The notes below the pieces were generated by a model that made no database searches, was not told the DNA's origin, and saw only the letters and a program-made list of their open reading frames with translations. The position numbers and the translations under genes are program-made. A stretch of DNA of 64,000 nucleotides from an uncultured Muribaculaceae bacterium (GTDB taxonomy: Bacteria > Cyanobacteriota > Vampirovibrionia > Gastranaerophilales > Gastranaerophilaceae): positions 15,806 to 79,805 of the forward strand of contig CAZKAS010000002.1 in assembly GCA_964550875.1 (NCBI GenBank), in the 5' to 3' direction. This document shows, piece after piece, positions 10,642 to 19,687 of the stretch (within the stretch, counting starts at the first letter, position 1; every line of letters begins with the position of its first letter).

Positions 10642-10717
10642 TGGGGCGTCGCCAAGTGGTAAGGCAGCTGGTTTTGGTCCAGCCATCTCGGAGGTTCGAA
10701 TCCTTCCGCCCCAGCCA
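10642..10717 (+). tRNA. tRNA-Gln (anticodon UUG), CCA encoded
   Basis: Hand-folded cloverleaf. Acceptor UGGGGCG/CGCCCCA with the bacterial tRNA-Gln U1-A72 pair and G73. Anticodon arm GCUGG-UUUUGGU-CCAGC and T arm GGAGG-UUCGAAU-CCUUC. Near-collinear with E. coli tRNA-Gln as I recall it. Confidence 0.93.
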
Positions 10718-10720
10718 ATT

Positions 10721-10746
10721 AACTCGCTGAAAAGCGAGTTTTTTGT
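10721..10746 (+). terminator. Intrinsic terminator after tRNA-Gln
   Basis: Stem aactcgc / gcgagtt with a short loop, followed by TTTTTGTTT. Confidence 0.7.
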
Positions 10747-10884
10747 TTGAAAAGGAAAATTGAATATAAACTGTCTGTAGTTTAACGAGTAGTTTGATTT
10801 GCTGCACGGGTGGTGTAACTTTTTCGTAATAATCATTAGAAATATCTACATACTTTGATCCGATTTCTATTGTATAATTTTTCT

Positions 10885-11061
10885 ATGAAAAAGGTTTTTG
10901 TATTAATTGTAATATTCGCTATTGTCTTAATTTCTGCCTTTGTATTTTTGTCAGTATTAAAATTTGTGAGCGGTCTGCAAATACCCAAAATTTTAAAGTT
11001 ATTTATTGTACTTTCTTTTTCTCTCTTTTGTATAAATTTGCTTGATTGGAAAGTTGATTGA
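10885..11061 (+). CDS. Candidate small two-TM membrane protein
   Basis: The internal Met of the 68-aa track ORF gives MKKVFVLIVIFAIVLISAFVFLSVLKFVSG...FIVLSFSLFCINLL, with two hydrophobic helices. A tgtataat -10-like element sits just upstream. No family match. Confidence 0.3.
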   Translation: MKKVFVLIVIFAIVLISAFVFLSVLKFVSGLQIPKILKLFIVLSFSLFCINLLDWKVD

Positions 11062-11208
11062 TTTTGCAATATATAAAATAATTTCTTTTTTGTAATGAGT
11101 TTTTGTTTTTAATCTGATTTTAATTCTTTTTTTTGTCCGCAATAACCATCTCTCTTTAACAGACAATCATCACCCTAAAGTAGTTGAGGTTTTCTGTAAT
11201 TTACTCTT

Positions 11209-11245
11209 TCTATATCTATATCTATATCTATATCTATATCTATAT
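11209..11245. repeat. Hexanucleotide tandem repeat (TATATC) x ~6
   Basis: Read directly: tc tatatc tatatc tatatc tatatc tatatc tatat. It runs straight into the -35 element of the efflux-locus promoter. Confidence 0.95.
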
Positions 11246-11273
11246 TGCATAAATCAAACGATTGTTTTATAAT
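11245..11273 (+). promoter_or_regulatory. Sigma-70-type promoter of the TetR/efflux locus, with a candidate operator in the spacer
   Basis: TTGCAT (11245-11250), 17 nt, TATAAT (11268-11273). The spacer contains the imperfect palindrome AAACgattGTTT (11255-11266). Confidence 0.55.
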
Positions 11274-11294
11274 TGCAAAAAAGGAAAATATGAA

Positions 11295-11924
11295 ATGGAA
11301 AAAGAAAGTAACGAAAATTCAAAGCAAAGAATTTTAACTGCTGCAACAAAACTCTTTGCTAAACAAGGATTTGAAGGAACTAGTATCAGGCAAATTTGCA
11401 AAGAAGCAGAAGCAAATATTTGTATGATTTCTTATTTTTGGGGTGGAAAGCAAGAACTTTATAATGGAATTATTGAGGATTTATTCAATAAGCAAACTGA
11501 ATATGCAAAAAATTTTATTGATTTTAATTTTGACCCGACAAATCTTGAAAAAATTGAACAAATTGAATTATTAATGACAATAATTGATAAGTTTATTGAA
11601 TTTTTCTATTCAAAAAATATTTCAAAAGATCTGATTGTTTTTTTGTTGAAAGAACAACAAAATTCATTTCTTGCGGAAAAATCTCCCGCTTTCAACTATT
11701 TGAGAAAAGTTGTTGCAAGCATTTTTAATAAGAATGAAAATGACAGGAGCATTATTTTTAAAACAATATTTATAATTTCTCAATTAAATTCTCCTCGTAT
11801 TCTTCCTGCCTTTTCTCTTAGGCTACTTGGGCAAGATGATTTTATTGGAGAAGATATTAAAATTATAAGAGAAAATGTCAAAGTTTATATCAATGCTCTT
11901 ATCAAGGAGGCCGGTATTGTTTAA
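11295..11924 (+). CDS. TetR/AcrR-family transcriptional regulator (CecR/YbiH-like position)
   Basis: The TetR_N HTH pattern is RILTAATKLFAKQGFEGTSIRQICKEAEANICMISYFWGGKQELY. I prefer the ATG at 11295 (RBS AAGGAAAA at 11281-11288). The track start at 11262 lies upstream of the predicted -10. Confidence 0.85.
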   Translation: MEKESNENSKQRILTAATKLFAKQGFEGTSIRQICKEAEANICMISYFWGGKQELYNGIIEDLFNKQTEYAKNFIDFNFDPTNLEKIEQIELLMTIIDKFIEFFYSKNISKDLIVFLLKEQQNSFLAEKSPAFNYLRKVVASIFNKNENDRSIIFKTIFIISQLNSPRILPAFSLRLLGQDDFIGEDIKIIRENVKVYINALIKEAGIV

Positions 11925-13233
11925 AAAGGGTATATCAATATTATTTATATTATTTTTTTCGCAAGCCGTATTTGCTGTTGACAGAAACGAACTCAATACT
12001 GAGTTTTTTGCAAAATTTAATGATGATTATTTAATTCAATATGTTAATGATGCGATTGATAACAATCACGATGCTAAACAGGCTTTTTACAAGGTTGAGC
12101 AATACAGACAGCAGGTTAAGTATTCTTTTTCAAAAGAACTTCCTTCTTTTAGTGTTGCTGCAAATTACTTAGGTATAAATGTTCCTCAATTAGATAATTT
12201 TGAATTAAAAAAGAATGCTTTTGTATTACCTTTCATCGCAAATTATGAAGCGGATTTTCTTTTAAAAAACAGAGATAAAACGAAAAGCCAAAAAAAATCT
12301 TTTGAAATTGAAAAATATGATGAAAAATCAATTTATTTATCACTGTTATCAGATGTTGCATCAATTTATGTAAATATTTTAGAATATGATGAATTACTAA
12401 AACTTTCGCAAGAAGAAGTTAATATATACTCAGAAATATTGATTAGAGATAAAAAGAAATTTGACAGAGGAACAATAAATTCTTCTCAATTAAGTACTTC
12501 AATGCAAAGGGTAGAAATTGCAAAAAATGAATTTGAAAATTACAAAAAACAACAAGAACTTTTGTTAATGCAGTTAGCTGTACTAACAGGAAATTCTGCA
12601 AATTGTACAGATGATATTATTAGAGGGAATATTAAAAATTTTGAATATCAGGGAATAATTCCTGATGAAATAAAGTCAGATGTCATATTTTCAAGACCTG
12701 ATGTAAAAAAAGCGGAAGCAGAACTTGAAAAAGCAAAAATAGATATTCGAGTAGCCAGAAAAGAGTTTTTACCGACATTTAATATAACGGGATTATGGAT
12801 TTTCAATACAATTGCGCCCGGTACGTTTTTTTCATGGGAAAGTTCGCTTGCAGCTATTTTAGCAGGAGCAACTCAAGATATTTTTACCGGCGGAAGAAAA
12901 GTTGCCAATTTAAAAATACAAAAAGCGAAATATGAAGAGCTGTTTGAAAAATATAAACAAACTGATTTAGAGGCGGTCAAAGAGGTAAATACTGCACTTT
13001 GTCTGATAAAGTATGATACAAACATTGATAAGAATGCAATTTCAAAACTCAAATATGAAAATAATAAAAGGGAAAATTCTCTTAAAAAATATAACAGAGG
13101 AACAATTTCTCAAACTGAATATTTGGAAGAGTTATTGAAAAATATTGAAATACAGAAAGAAGTTATTCAAGCAAAAAATCAGAGAATAGTAAATTATTTC
13201 ACCTTATATAAAGCTGTAGGAGGTAAATTATGA
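11875..13233 (+). CDS. TolC-like outer membrane efflux protein (OMF)
   Basis: 452 aa with a signal peptide (ILFILFFSQAVFA). Two OEP-type repeats with long helical segments, and the C-terminal YFTLYKAVGG typical of the family. Overlaps the TetR gene end and the adaptor gene start (ATGA at 13230-13233). Confidence 0.8.
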   Translation: MSKFISMLLSRRPVLFKKGISILFILFFSQAVFAVDRNELNTEFFAKFNDDYLIQYVNDAIDNNHDAKQAFYKVEQYRQQVKYSFSKELPSFSVAANYLGINVPQLDNFELKKNAFVLPFIANYEADFLLKNRDKTKSQKKSFEIEKYDEKSIYLSLLSDVASIYVNILEYDELLKLSQEEVNIYSEILIRDKKKFDRGTINSSQLSTSMQRVEIAKNEFENYKKQQELLLMQLAVLTGNSANCTDDIIRGNIKNFEYQGIIPDEIKSDVIFSRPDVKKAEAELEKAKIDIRVARKEFLPTFNITGLWIFNTIAPGTFFSWESSLAAILAGATQDIFTGGRKVANLKIQKAKYEELFEKYKQTDLEAVKEVNTALCLIKYDTNIDKNAISKLKYENNKRENSLKKYNRGTISQTEYLEELLKNIEIQKEVIQAKNQRIVNYFTLYKAVGGKL

Positions 13234-14093
13234 AGAAAAAAATCTTAGCATTAATTTTAATATTCATAATAATTGTGGCTATAATTTTCTTTGTTATAAA
13301 AAAGAAAGATAATACAAATGAACTTACGTTGTATGGAAATATAGAAATTCGACAGGTTGATTTAAGTTTTCAAGTTGGCGGAATAATAGAAGAAATGTAT
13401 AAAGAAGAGGGCGATAAAGTAGAGAAGGGAGAACTTGTCGCTAAATTAGACGCAAAAGATTATGAGGTAAATTTAAAGAAAACTTCATCAGAAGTTGAAA
13501 AATATTTAGCGCTCAAAAAAGATGCAATTGAAAAATTTGATAGGAATGCTCCGTTAGCAGAGGATAATACTATTTCAAAGCAAGAATATGACAATTTAGA
13601 GAATACGAGAGATAAGGCAATTGCTGATTATAATATTTCAGTAGCAGCGAAAGATTATGCTAAAAACCAACTTGATTACACAAAAATATATGCACCTGAC
13701 GAAGGTATAGTAATGATAAGAGTGCAAGAACCGGGAGCAACGGTTAATAAAGGACAAATTGTATATTCTATATCAAAAACAAAACCTGTTTGGGTAAGGG
13801 CATACGTTAACGAAACAGATTTAGGTAATATCAAGTATGGGCAGGAAGTAAACATATATACTGATAGTGTCAATCCGACAACGAACGAAAAAAGAACTTA
13901 TAAATGATATATCGGGTACATTTCTCCGGTTGCTGAATTTACACCCAAAACAGTTCAGTCAACAGATTTGAGAACAGATTTGGTATATAGAATAAGGGTG
14001 TATATAAATGATATAGATGAATATTTAAGACAAGGAATGCCTGTAACAATAAAGATTCAATTAGGTGTTGAAGATGCAAACCGCAACGATTAA
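13230..14093 (+). pseudogene. ybhG: HlyD/YbhG-family membrane-fusion (periplasmic adaptor) gene interrupted by an in-frame TGA at 13905-13907
   Basis: The N-terminal 225 aa (LTLYGNIEIRQVDLSFQVGGIIEEM...) match YbhG. The same frame continues after the TGA for 61 codons ([52 protein letters not shown]...), which is the conserved YbhG C-terminus, ending at TAA 14091-14093. Confidence 0.75.
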
Positions 14094-15555
14094 AAACCTT
14101 ACAAAAACCTTTGGCAGAATAACGGCGATAGATAATCTTTCGCTTGATATAGAAAAAGGAAAAATTACAGGATTAATAGGAGCTGACGGTGCAGGTAAGA
14201 CAACGCTTATAAGGTTAATTACTGGTTTACTTTTACCTGATAGCGGACAAGTAACATTACTTGACTTAAATCCGTTTACACAAAAAAACGAATTGACAAA
14301 AAAGATAGGGTATATGCCCCAAAAATTCGGGTTGTATGAAGATTTGACGGTAATAGAAAATTTAAAACTTTATGCCGATTTAAAAAATCAACCGTATGAT
14401 TTTGATAAAATGTTGGAATTTACATCTCTTGCACCGTTTCAAGACAGATTGGCGGGCGCATTATCAGGCGGTATGAAACAAAAATTAGGTTTAGCGTGTA
14501 CGTTATTGGGGACACCTGAATTTTTAGTTCTTGATGAACCTTCAGTAGGGGTTGACCCAATATCAAGAAGAGATTTAATGCAAATGGTAAAAAATATGAT
14601 TTCTTCAAAAACAACTGTTTTGTGGTCAACAGCCTATCTTGATGAGGCGCATAGTTTTGATATTTCTGTGGTTATGGATAAGGGCAAAATAATATACAAT
14701 GGAAAACCGACAGACTTGGCGCTTACCCAAGAAAAATTTCAAGAAAAAGTTATAGAACTTATGGGCGGATATAAAAAAACAGAGTCCAAAATAGCAGAAA
14801 ACTACACCATAATTGATGATTATACGGAATGCACGGTTGAAGCGGATAATTTAGAAAAGAAGTATGGTAATTTTTATGCCGTAAAAAATAATACATTTTG
14901 TATAAAAAGAGGAGAGATATTTGGTCTGTTAGGGCCGAACGGGGCAGGAAAATCAACTTCCTTTAAAATGATGTGCGGACTATCAAAACCAACAAAAGGA
15001 ACCGCTAAAATTATGGGCATTGATATAAAAAAAGATCCAAGTAAAGCTCGTTCAAACCTAGGATATATGGCGCAAAAATTTTCTTTATACGGTTCGCTTA
15101 CGGTAAGACAAAATTTAGAATTTTTTGCAGCGGCGTACGGAATAAATGTTTTTAACAGGAAAAAACGAGTTGAAGAAATATTGGAAGTTTTTGAACTAAA
15201 AGAGGTTGAAAATCAAAAATCGGAAGATTTACCGTTAGGCTACAAACAAAGGCTTTCTATGGCTTGCGCATTGATTCATAATCCGTCAGTTTTGTTTTTA
15301 GATGAACCGACATCAGGAGTAGATATTATAGCAAGACGAGAATTTTGGAATCATATAATTGCCCTGTCAAAAAAAGGTGTAACAATATTGGTTACTACCC
15401 ATTTTATGGACGAAGCGGAATTTTGCGACAGAATAAGTTTATTTTATAAAGGTGAGGCAATTGCCGTAGGATCGCCAAATGAATTAAAAGAAAAAGCAAA
15501 CGCAAAAACAATGGAAGAAACTTTTATAACGCTAATTAAGGAGAGTGGCAAGTGA
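14065..15555 (+). CDS. ybhF: ABC transporter ATP-binding protein with two fused NBDs (YbhF-like)
   Basis: 496 aa with a GTG start. Two Walker A motifs ([18 protein letters not shown]), two signature motifs ([18 protein letters not shown]) and two Walker B motifs (LVLDEP, LFLDEP). Confidence 0.9.
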   Translation: MLKMQTATIKNLTKTFGRITAIDNLSLDIEKGKITGLIGADGAGKTTLIRLITGLLLPDSGQVTLLDLNPFTQKNELTKKIGYMPQKFGLYEDLTVIENLKLYADLKNQPYDFDKMLEFTSLAPFQDRLAGALSGGMKQKLGLACTLLGTPEFLVLDEPSVGVDPISRRDLMQMVKNMISSKTTVLWSTAYLDEAHSFDISVVMDKGKIIYNGKPTDLALTQEKFQEKVIELMGGYKKTESKIAENYTIIDDYTECTVEADNLEKKYGNFYAVKNNTFCIKRGEIFGLLGPNGAGKSTSFKMMCGLSKPTKGTAKIMGIDIKKDPSKARSNLGYMAQKFSLYGSLTVRQNLEFFAAAYGINVFNRKKRVEEILEVFELKEVENQKSEDLPLGYKQRLSMACALIHNPSVLFLDEPTSGVDIIARREFWNHIIALSKKGVTILVTTHFMDEAEFCDRISLFYKGEAIAVGSPNELKEKANAKTMEETFITLIKESGK

Positions 15556-16661
15556 AAATCCTTTTAGCATTGGTAAAAAAAGAGTTCAAACAAATCTTAC
15601 GAGATCCGAGCAGCATTATTATTGCATTTATACTTCCATTAATTTCAGTTTTAATTTATATGTACGGAATTAATCTTGATTCTGTAAAAGTAACTTTAGG
15701 GATAAAGAACGATGACGGAAGTCCTGAAATATCCACGCTTGTCAAGGCTTTTGGACACAGCAAGTACGTTAATTCCATAATTTTTGATAATGAAGCTGAA
15801 ATAACGCAAGCAATAACACGTTCAAAGATAAAGGGTGCTGTTATAATTCCTAATGATTTTTCCAAGAAATTATCAAAAGGTGATAAAGCGGATTTACTTG
15901 TTATAACAGATGGAGCAGATGTTAACACTGCGAATTATGTACAAAATTATGCAACATCAATTGCGAATAATTGGCTTGTATCAAGTAAATACAAAACAAA
16001 GGTGAAACAATCCTTGATAACACCAGAACTTAGAGTTTGGTACAATCAGGATTTAAACAGTCATTATTTTATACTCCCCGGCTCTATTGCAATAACGATG
16101 ACTCTTATAGGTATTTTATTAACTGCACTTGTTGTTGCAAGAGAGTGGGAACGAGGAACAATGGAAGCTCTTTTAAGTACTCAAGTAAGAAGGATTGACA
16201 TTGTATTAGGGAAATATATTCCATATTTTTGTTTGGGTTTGGCATCAATGGCATTTAATGTTTTTATGTGTACGGGAGTATTCAATATACCGTTTAGAGG
16301 GAATTACTTAGTATTTTTTTTCGTAAGTTCATTATTTTTATTTACTTTGCTTGGTGTCGGATTATTGATTTCTTCAAAACTAAAAAATCAATTTTTATCA
16401 AGTCAAGTTGCTTTAGGTATAGGTTTTTTACCGGCATTAATGTTATCGGGGCTAATTTTTCCGATTAATTCCATGCCTGTATTTTTTCAATATTTAACAA
16501 TGATATTACCGCCAAAATATTTCATAACATTTGTGGAGAGCGAATATATGGCAGGAACAATCAAAGAAGTTGTAGTTGTAAACTCAATTTTTCTGATAAT
16601 TTTAGGTTCGATACTATTTGCTCTTGTGTACAGAAATACGGATATGAGGCTTAAAAAATGA
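15552..16661 (+). CDS. ybhS: ABC-2 type permease (YbhS-like)
   Basis: 369 aa with a GTG start overlapping the ybhF stop. One N-terminal TM, a large extracytoplasmic loop and a C-terminal ABC2_membrane bundle containing EWERGTMEALLSTQV. Confidence 0.85.
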   Translation: MKILLALVKKEFKQILRDPSSIIIAFILPLISVLIYMYGINLDSVKVTLGIKNDDGSPEISTLVKAFGHSKYVNSIIFDNEAEITQAITRSKIKGAVIIPNDFSKKLSKGDKADLLVITDGADVNTANYVQNYATSIANNWLVSSKYKTKVKQSLITPELRVWYNQDLNSHYFILPGSIAITMTLIGILLTALVVAREWERGTMEALLSTQVRRIDIVLGKYIPYFCLGLASMAFNVFMCTGVFNIPFRGNYLVFFFVSSLFLFTLLGVGLLISSKLKNQFLSSQVALGIGFLPALMLSGLIFPINSMPVFFQYLTMILPPKYFITFVESEYMAGTIKEVVVVNSIFLIILGSILFALVYRNTDMRLKK

Positions 16662-17770
16662 TAATACAAAGTATAAGACGGATAATAGCACTCATAAAAA
16701 AAGAATTTATCACTATATGGAAAGATCCAAAATCCAGAGGAATAATAATTGCACTACCTTTAATGCAATTATTGATTTTTGCCAATGCAATAACAATGGA
16801 AGTGAAAAATATAGATGCTGTTGTTATAGATAGGAATAATTCTGTTGAATCGAGAGAACTTATATCACGTTTTGAGAATTCACCGAGATTTAGAAATTTT
16901 TATTATGTTAATAATGAAAAAGAGTTCAAGGAAAAAATCGATAACCAAAAAGTACAAATCGGATTGTACATAAACAATAATTTTTCAAATTCTATAAAAG
17001 CACAAAGAGCGACAAATGTTCTTGTCGTTCTTGACGGAAGACAAACAAATTCCGCATCTATTGCAGGCGGATATGCATCTCAAATTATAAATTCTTACGA
17101 GTCGGAAGTTATTCAAAATAAGGGAGCAAGTATAGTTCCCATTATTAGAAATTGGTTTAATCCAAACTTAGAATACCGATGGTATATAATGACAGTTATT
17201 ATAGCAATGCTGGCAATGGTTATTACTCTTTTATTGACTGCATTATCAATTGCAAGAGAACGAGAAATCGGCACTTTTGATCAACTTATTGTTAGTCCTT
17301 TATCGTCATTTGAAATTTTGCTTGGAAAAACTATTCCCCCGCTAATTATTGCAATGGTTTTAACTTGTATAATGACATTAATTGTTATTGTCGGATTTAA
17401 AGTTCCTTTTGCAGGTTCAATATGGCTATTTTTGGCTGCAATATCAATATCATTGTTATCAATAGTTGGAGTAGGTTTATTTATTTCATCAATATGTAAA
17501 ACACAGCAACAAGCCATTTTGGGCGTTATTACGTTTCAAATGCCTGCAGTATTGCTTTCAGGTTTTATTTCACCGATAGAAGATATGCCGTTATTTTGGC
17601 AATATTTAACTTGGATTAATCCTGTAAGATTTTTTATGACTTTATCAAAAGGTATCTTTCTTAAAGGAATGTCCTCTCAAGATGTTTTTTTGAATATGAT
17701 TCCTTTAATAATAATTGCAATTATAACATTGTCACTTGCAAGTCAAACGTTTAAGCGTAAATTAGATTAA
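16658..17770 (+). CDS. ybhR: ABC-2 type permease (YbhR-like)
   Basis: 370 aa, ATGA overlap with the previous gene. Same architecture, with REREIGTFDQLIVSPL. Confidence 0.85.
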   Translation: MIIQSIRRIIALIKKEFITIWKDPKSRGIIIALPLMQLLIFANAITMEVKNIDAVVIDRNNSVESRELISRFENSPRFRNFYYVNNEKEFKEKIDNQKVQIGLYINNNFSNSIKAQRATNVLVVLDGRQTNSASIAGGYASQIINSYESEVIQNKGASIVPIIRNWFNPNLEYRWYIMTVIIAMLAMVITLLLTALSIAREREIGTFDQLIVSPLSSFEILLGKTIPPLIIAMVLTCIMTLIVIVGFKVPFAGSIWLFLAAISISLLSIVGVGLFISSICKTQQQAILGVITFQMPAVLLSGFISPIEDMPLFWQYLTWINPVRFFMTLSKGIFLKGMSSQDVFLNMIPLIIIAIITLSLASQTFKRKLD

Positions 17771-17801
17771 GCTGATGTAGTTAAGTAATATTTATAAAAA
17801 A

Positions 17802-18305
17802 CTAATGCGCTTCAACTTCTTCCAATACACTATAAACTTGCCATAATTCTTTTTCAGATATACCTTGCGAACAAAAAATTGAATAATATCCGGAATCGGC
17901 AGCAATGTACGCAACATAAATGTTATTTTTGTCTTTTCTTGTTTTTAAATTTACACCGTTTTCAAGAGTTAAAGTGTCCAAAATAGGGTATTTTTCATAA
18001 TTTCTGTCTATGTCAATTTCATTGTTTAAATTTTTTGTAGATTTTCTGACCGTAACCTCTTTAAATTCATCTAAAGGATAAGTAATTTCAATCATATCGG
18101 GCATCGCTTTAATGTTGTAATTAGATAAAACCAGAGGAAAATCAATACCTGAAACTTTTTTTGCACAAGATAAATCATCTCTGCAATCAGTTAAAACATC
18201 GGTAACATTGGATTGAATTTCTGTTCTTTGACTGCAAGCGGACATTATAAAAACGGAAATTATTAAACAAATTATGAGCGAAATTTTCTTAAAAAGATTT
18301 TTCAT
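17802..18305 (-). CDS. Hypothetical lipoprotein
   Basis: 167 aa with a lipobox-like FIMSAC after a hydrophobic leader. No family recognised. Confidence 0.5.
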   Translation of the reverse strand: MKNLFKKISLIICLIISVFIMSACSQRTEIQSNVTDVLTDCRDDLSCAKKVSGIDFPLVLSNYNIKAMPDMIEITYPLDEFKEVTVRKSTKNLNNEIDIDRNYEKYPILDTLTLENGVNLKTRKDKNNIYVAYIAADSGYYSIFCSQGISEKELWQVYSVLEEVEAH

Positions 18306-18364
18306 AAATTGATATTATAATAAATCGTTCATTATTTCAATTAAAAAATTATTTTTATGAGAAA

Positions 18365-19600
18365 TTATATATCAGCAAGTTTATCAACCGTTCTTGTCAA
18401 TGTGATTTTAACATGGGCATAATTTAAGCCCCCTTGCATATATGCCGCATAAGGAGGACGAACAGGGCCATCTGCGGAAAGTTCTATTGTTGAACCCTCG
18501 ACAAAAGTTCCGCCAGCCATAATTAAATTGTCATCGTATCCCGGAACAACATCAGGAACAGGTGTTAAATATGATTCAACAGGTGAACATTCCTGAATAG
18601 TTTTACAAAATTCCAGAAGAGGTTCTTTCTTTCCAAATTCTATAGTTTGAATTAAGTCAGTTCTAATGTCGTTTGGTTTAGGAGTTGAGATAAAACCTAT
18701 ATCTTCAAAAACTTGAGATGCTAAAATAGCACCCTTTACGGATTCTGCAACAATTGAAGGAGCCATAAACAGACCTTGAAACATTAATCTCGATTGATTA
18801 AACATTGCTCCGCCTTCTCTGCATATTCCCGGAGCGGTGAGGCTTGCTGCTACAAGTTCTACAAGCTCATCTTTCCCCGCAACATATCCGCCTGCTTCGA
18901 CTATTCCTCCACCTGCGTTTTTAATTAACGATCCTGCGATAAGGTCTGCTCCTACATCTGTAGGTTCTTGTTTTTCAACAAATTCTCCATAACAGTTGTC
19001 AACAAAACATATACAATTATTATTTTTTGACTTAACAACTTCTACAATTTTTTTTATCGTTTCTATTGTCAAAGATTTTCTGAGAGAATATCCTCTTGAA
19101 CGTTGAATTAAAACCATCGTTGTAGTTTCATCAACCATTTCTTCCAATTTTTCAAAATCAATGTCAATACCGTTTAACAAAGGTACTTCATCATAAATAA
19201 TCCCGTGTCCGATAAGAGATTGTTTGTAGTTGCCTCGTTTGCCAATTACTTCTTCCATTGTGTCATATGGTGAACCTGCAACTGATAATAATTTGTCACC
19301 GTGTCTTAAACAACCGAATAAACAACAGGAAAGAGTATGTGTCCCCGATACAAAATGAGGTCTTGCCATCGCTTTTTCTGCGTGGAAAACGTCCGCAAAA
19401 ACATTATCAAGTGCTTCTCGTCCTATATCATCATGTCCATATCCTGATACGGTATAAAAATGTTGCATTCCGATTTGATTTTTTATAAAAGCATCAAGAA
19501 CTTTCTCTTGATTATATTCTTTAATCTCGTCGGTTAACTTAAATTGTTCCGAAACTTTTTTTTCGGCTTTTTGGATTATTTCAATTGTTGTACTTTTCAT
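18365..19600 (-). CDS. YnbB-like PLP enzyme (methionine gamma-lyase / aluminium-resistance family)
   Basis: 411 aa. The characteristic N-terminal half is VLDAFIKNQIGMQHFYTVSGYGHDDIGREALDNVFADVFHAEKAMARPHFVSGTHTL. Confidence 0.8.
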   Translation of the reverse strand: MKSTTIEIIQKAEKKVSEQFKLTDEIKEYNQEKVLDAFIKNQIGMQHFYTVSGYGHDDIGREALDNVFADVFHAEKAMARPHFVSGTHTLSCCLFGCLRHGDKLLSVAGSPYDTMEEVIGKRGNYKQSLIGHGIIYDEVPLLNGIDIDFEKLEEMVDETTTMVLIQRSRGYSLRKSLTIETIKKIVEVVKSKNNNCICFVDNCYGEFVEKQEPTDVGADLIAGSLIKNAGGGIVEAGGYVAGKDELVELVAASLTAPGICREGGAMFNQSRLMFQGLFMAPSIVAESVKGAILASQVFEDIGFISTPKPNDIRTDLIQTIEFGKKEPLLEFCKTIQECSPVESYLTPVPDVVPGYDDNLIMAGGTFVEGSTIELSADGPVRPPYAAYMQGGLNYAHVKITLTRTVDKLADI

Positions 19601-19687
19601 ATTAAAATATAATCACAAACAATAAACTCTTTCAATTAATGTTTTTTTTGAAGGGTATTCTATTTAGAACTTGTTTAGTGTAGAATT

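Noticed and set aside
10486-10836. Minus-strand ORFs of 116 aa and 74 aa
   Set aside because: They run across the tRNA-Gln gene, its promoter and its terminator, so they are artefacts.
11209-11245. CRISPR or other spacer-repeat array
   Set aside because: It is a contiguous 6-bp microsatellite with no spacers. No cas genes are in the window.
11262-11294. Upstream-extended starts given by the track for the TetR gene, and likewise 50965 for galM, 62021 for the kinase, 32229 for the GT and 33451 for the nucleotidase
   Set aside because: The internal ATGs have proper RBSs, remove non-homologous low-complexity extensions, and for TetR lie downstream of the predicted promoter.
13905-13907. Alternative genetic code (TGA = Gly as in code 25, or Trp as in code 4) to explain the in-frame TGA at a Gly-aligned position
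   Set aside because: All other long genes in the window are intact under the standard code, with no further in-frame TGAs. TGA also ends at least six well-delimited genes at positions that fit family lengths. A genome-wide reassignment would fragment many more ORFs.
13905-13907. Selenocysteine insertion at the TGA
   Set aside because: The aligned residue in homologues is Gly in a structural beta-strand region. Adaptor proteins are not a selenoprotein family, and I saw no convincing SECIS-like hairpin immediately downstream.
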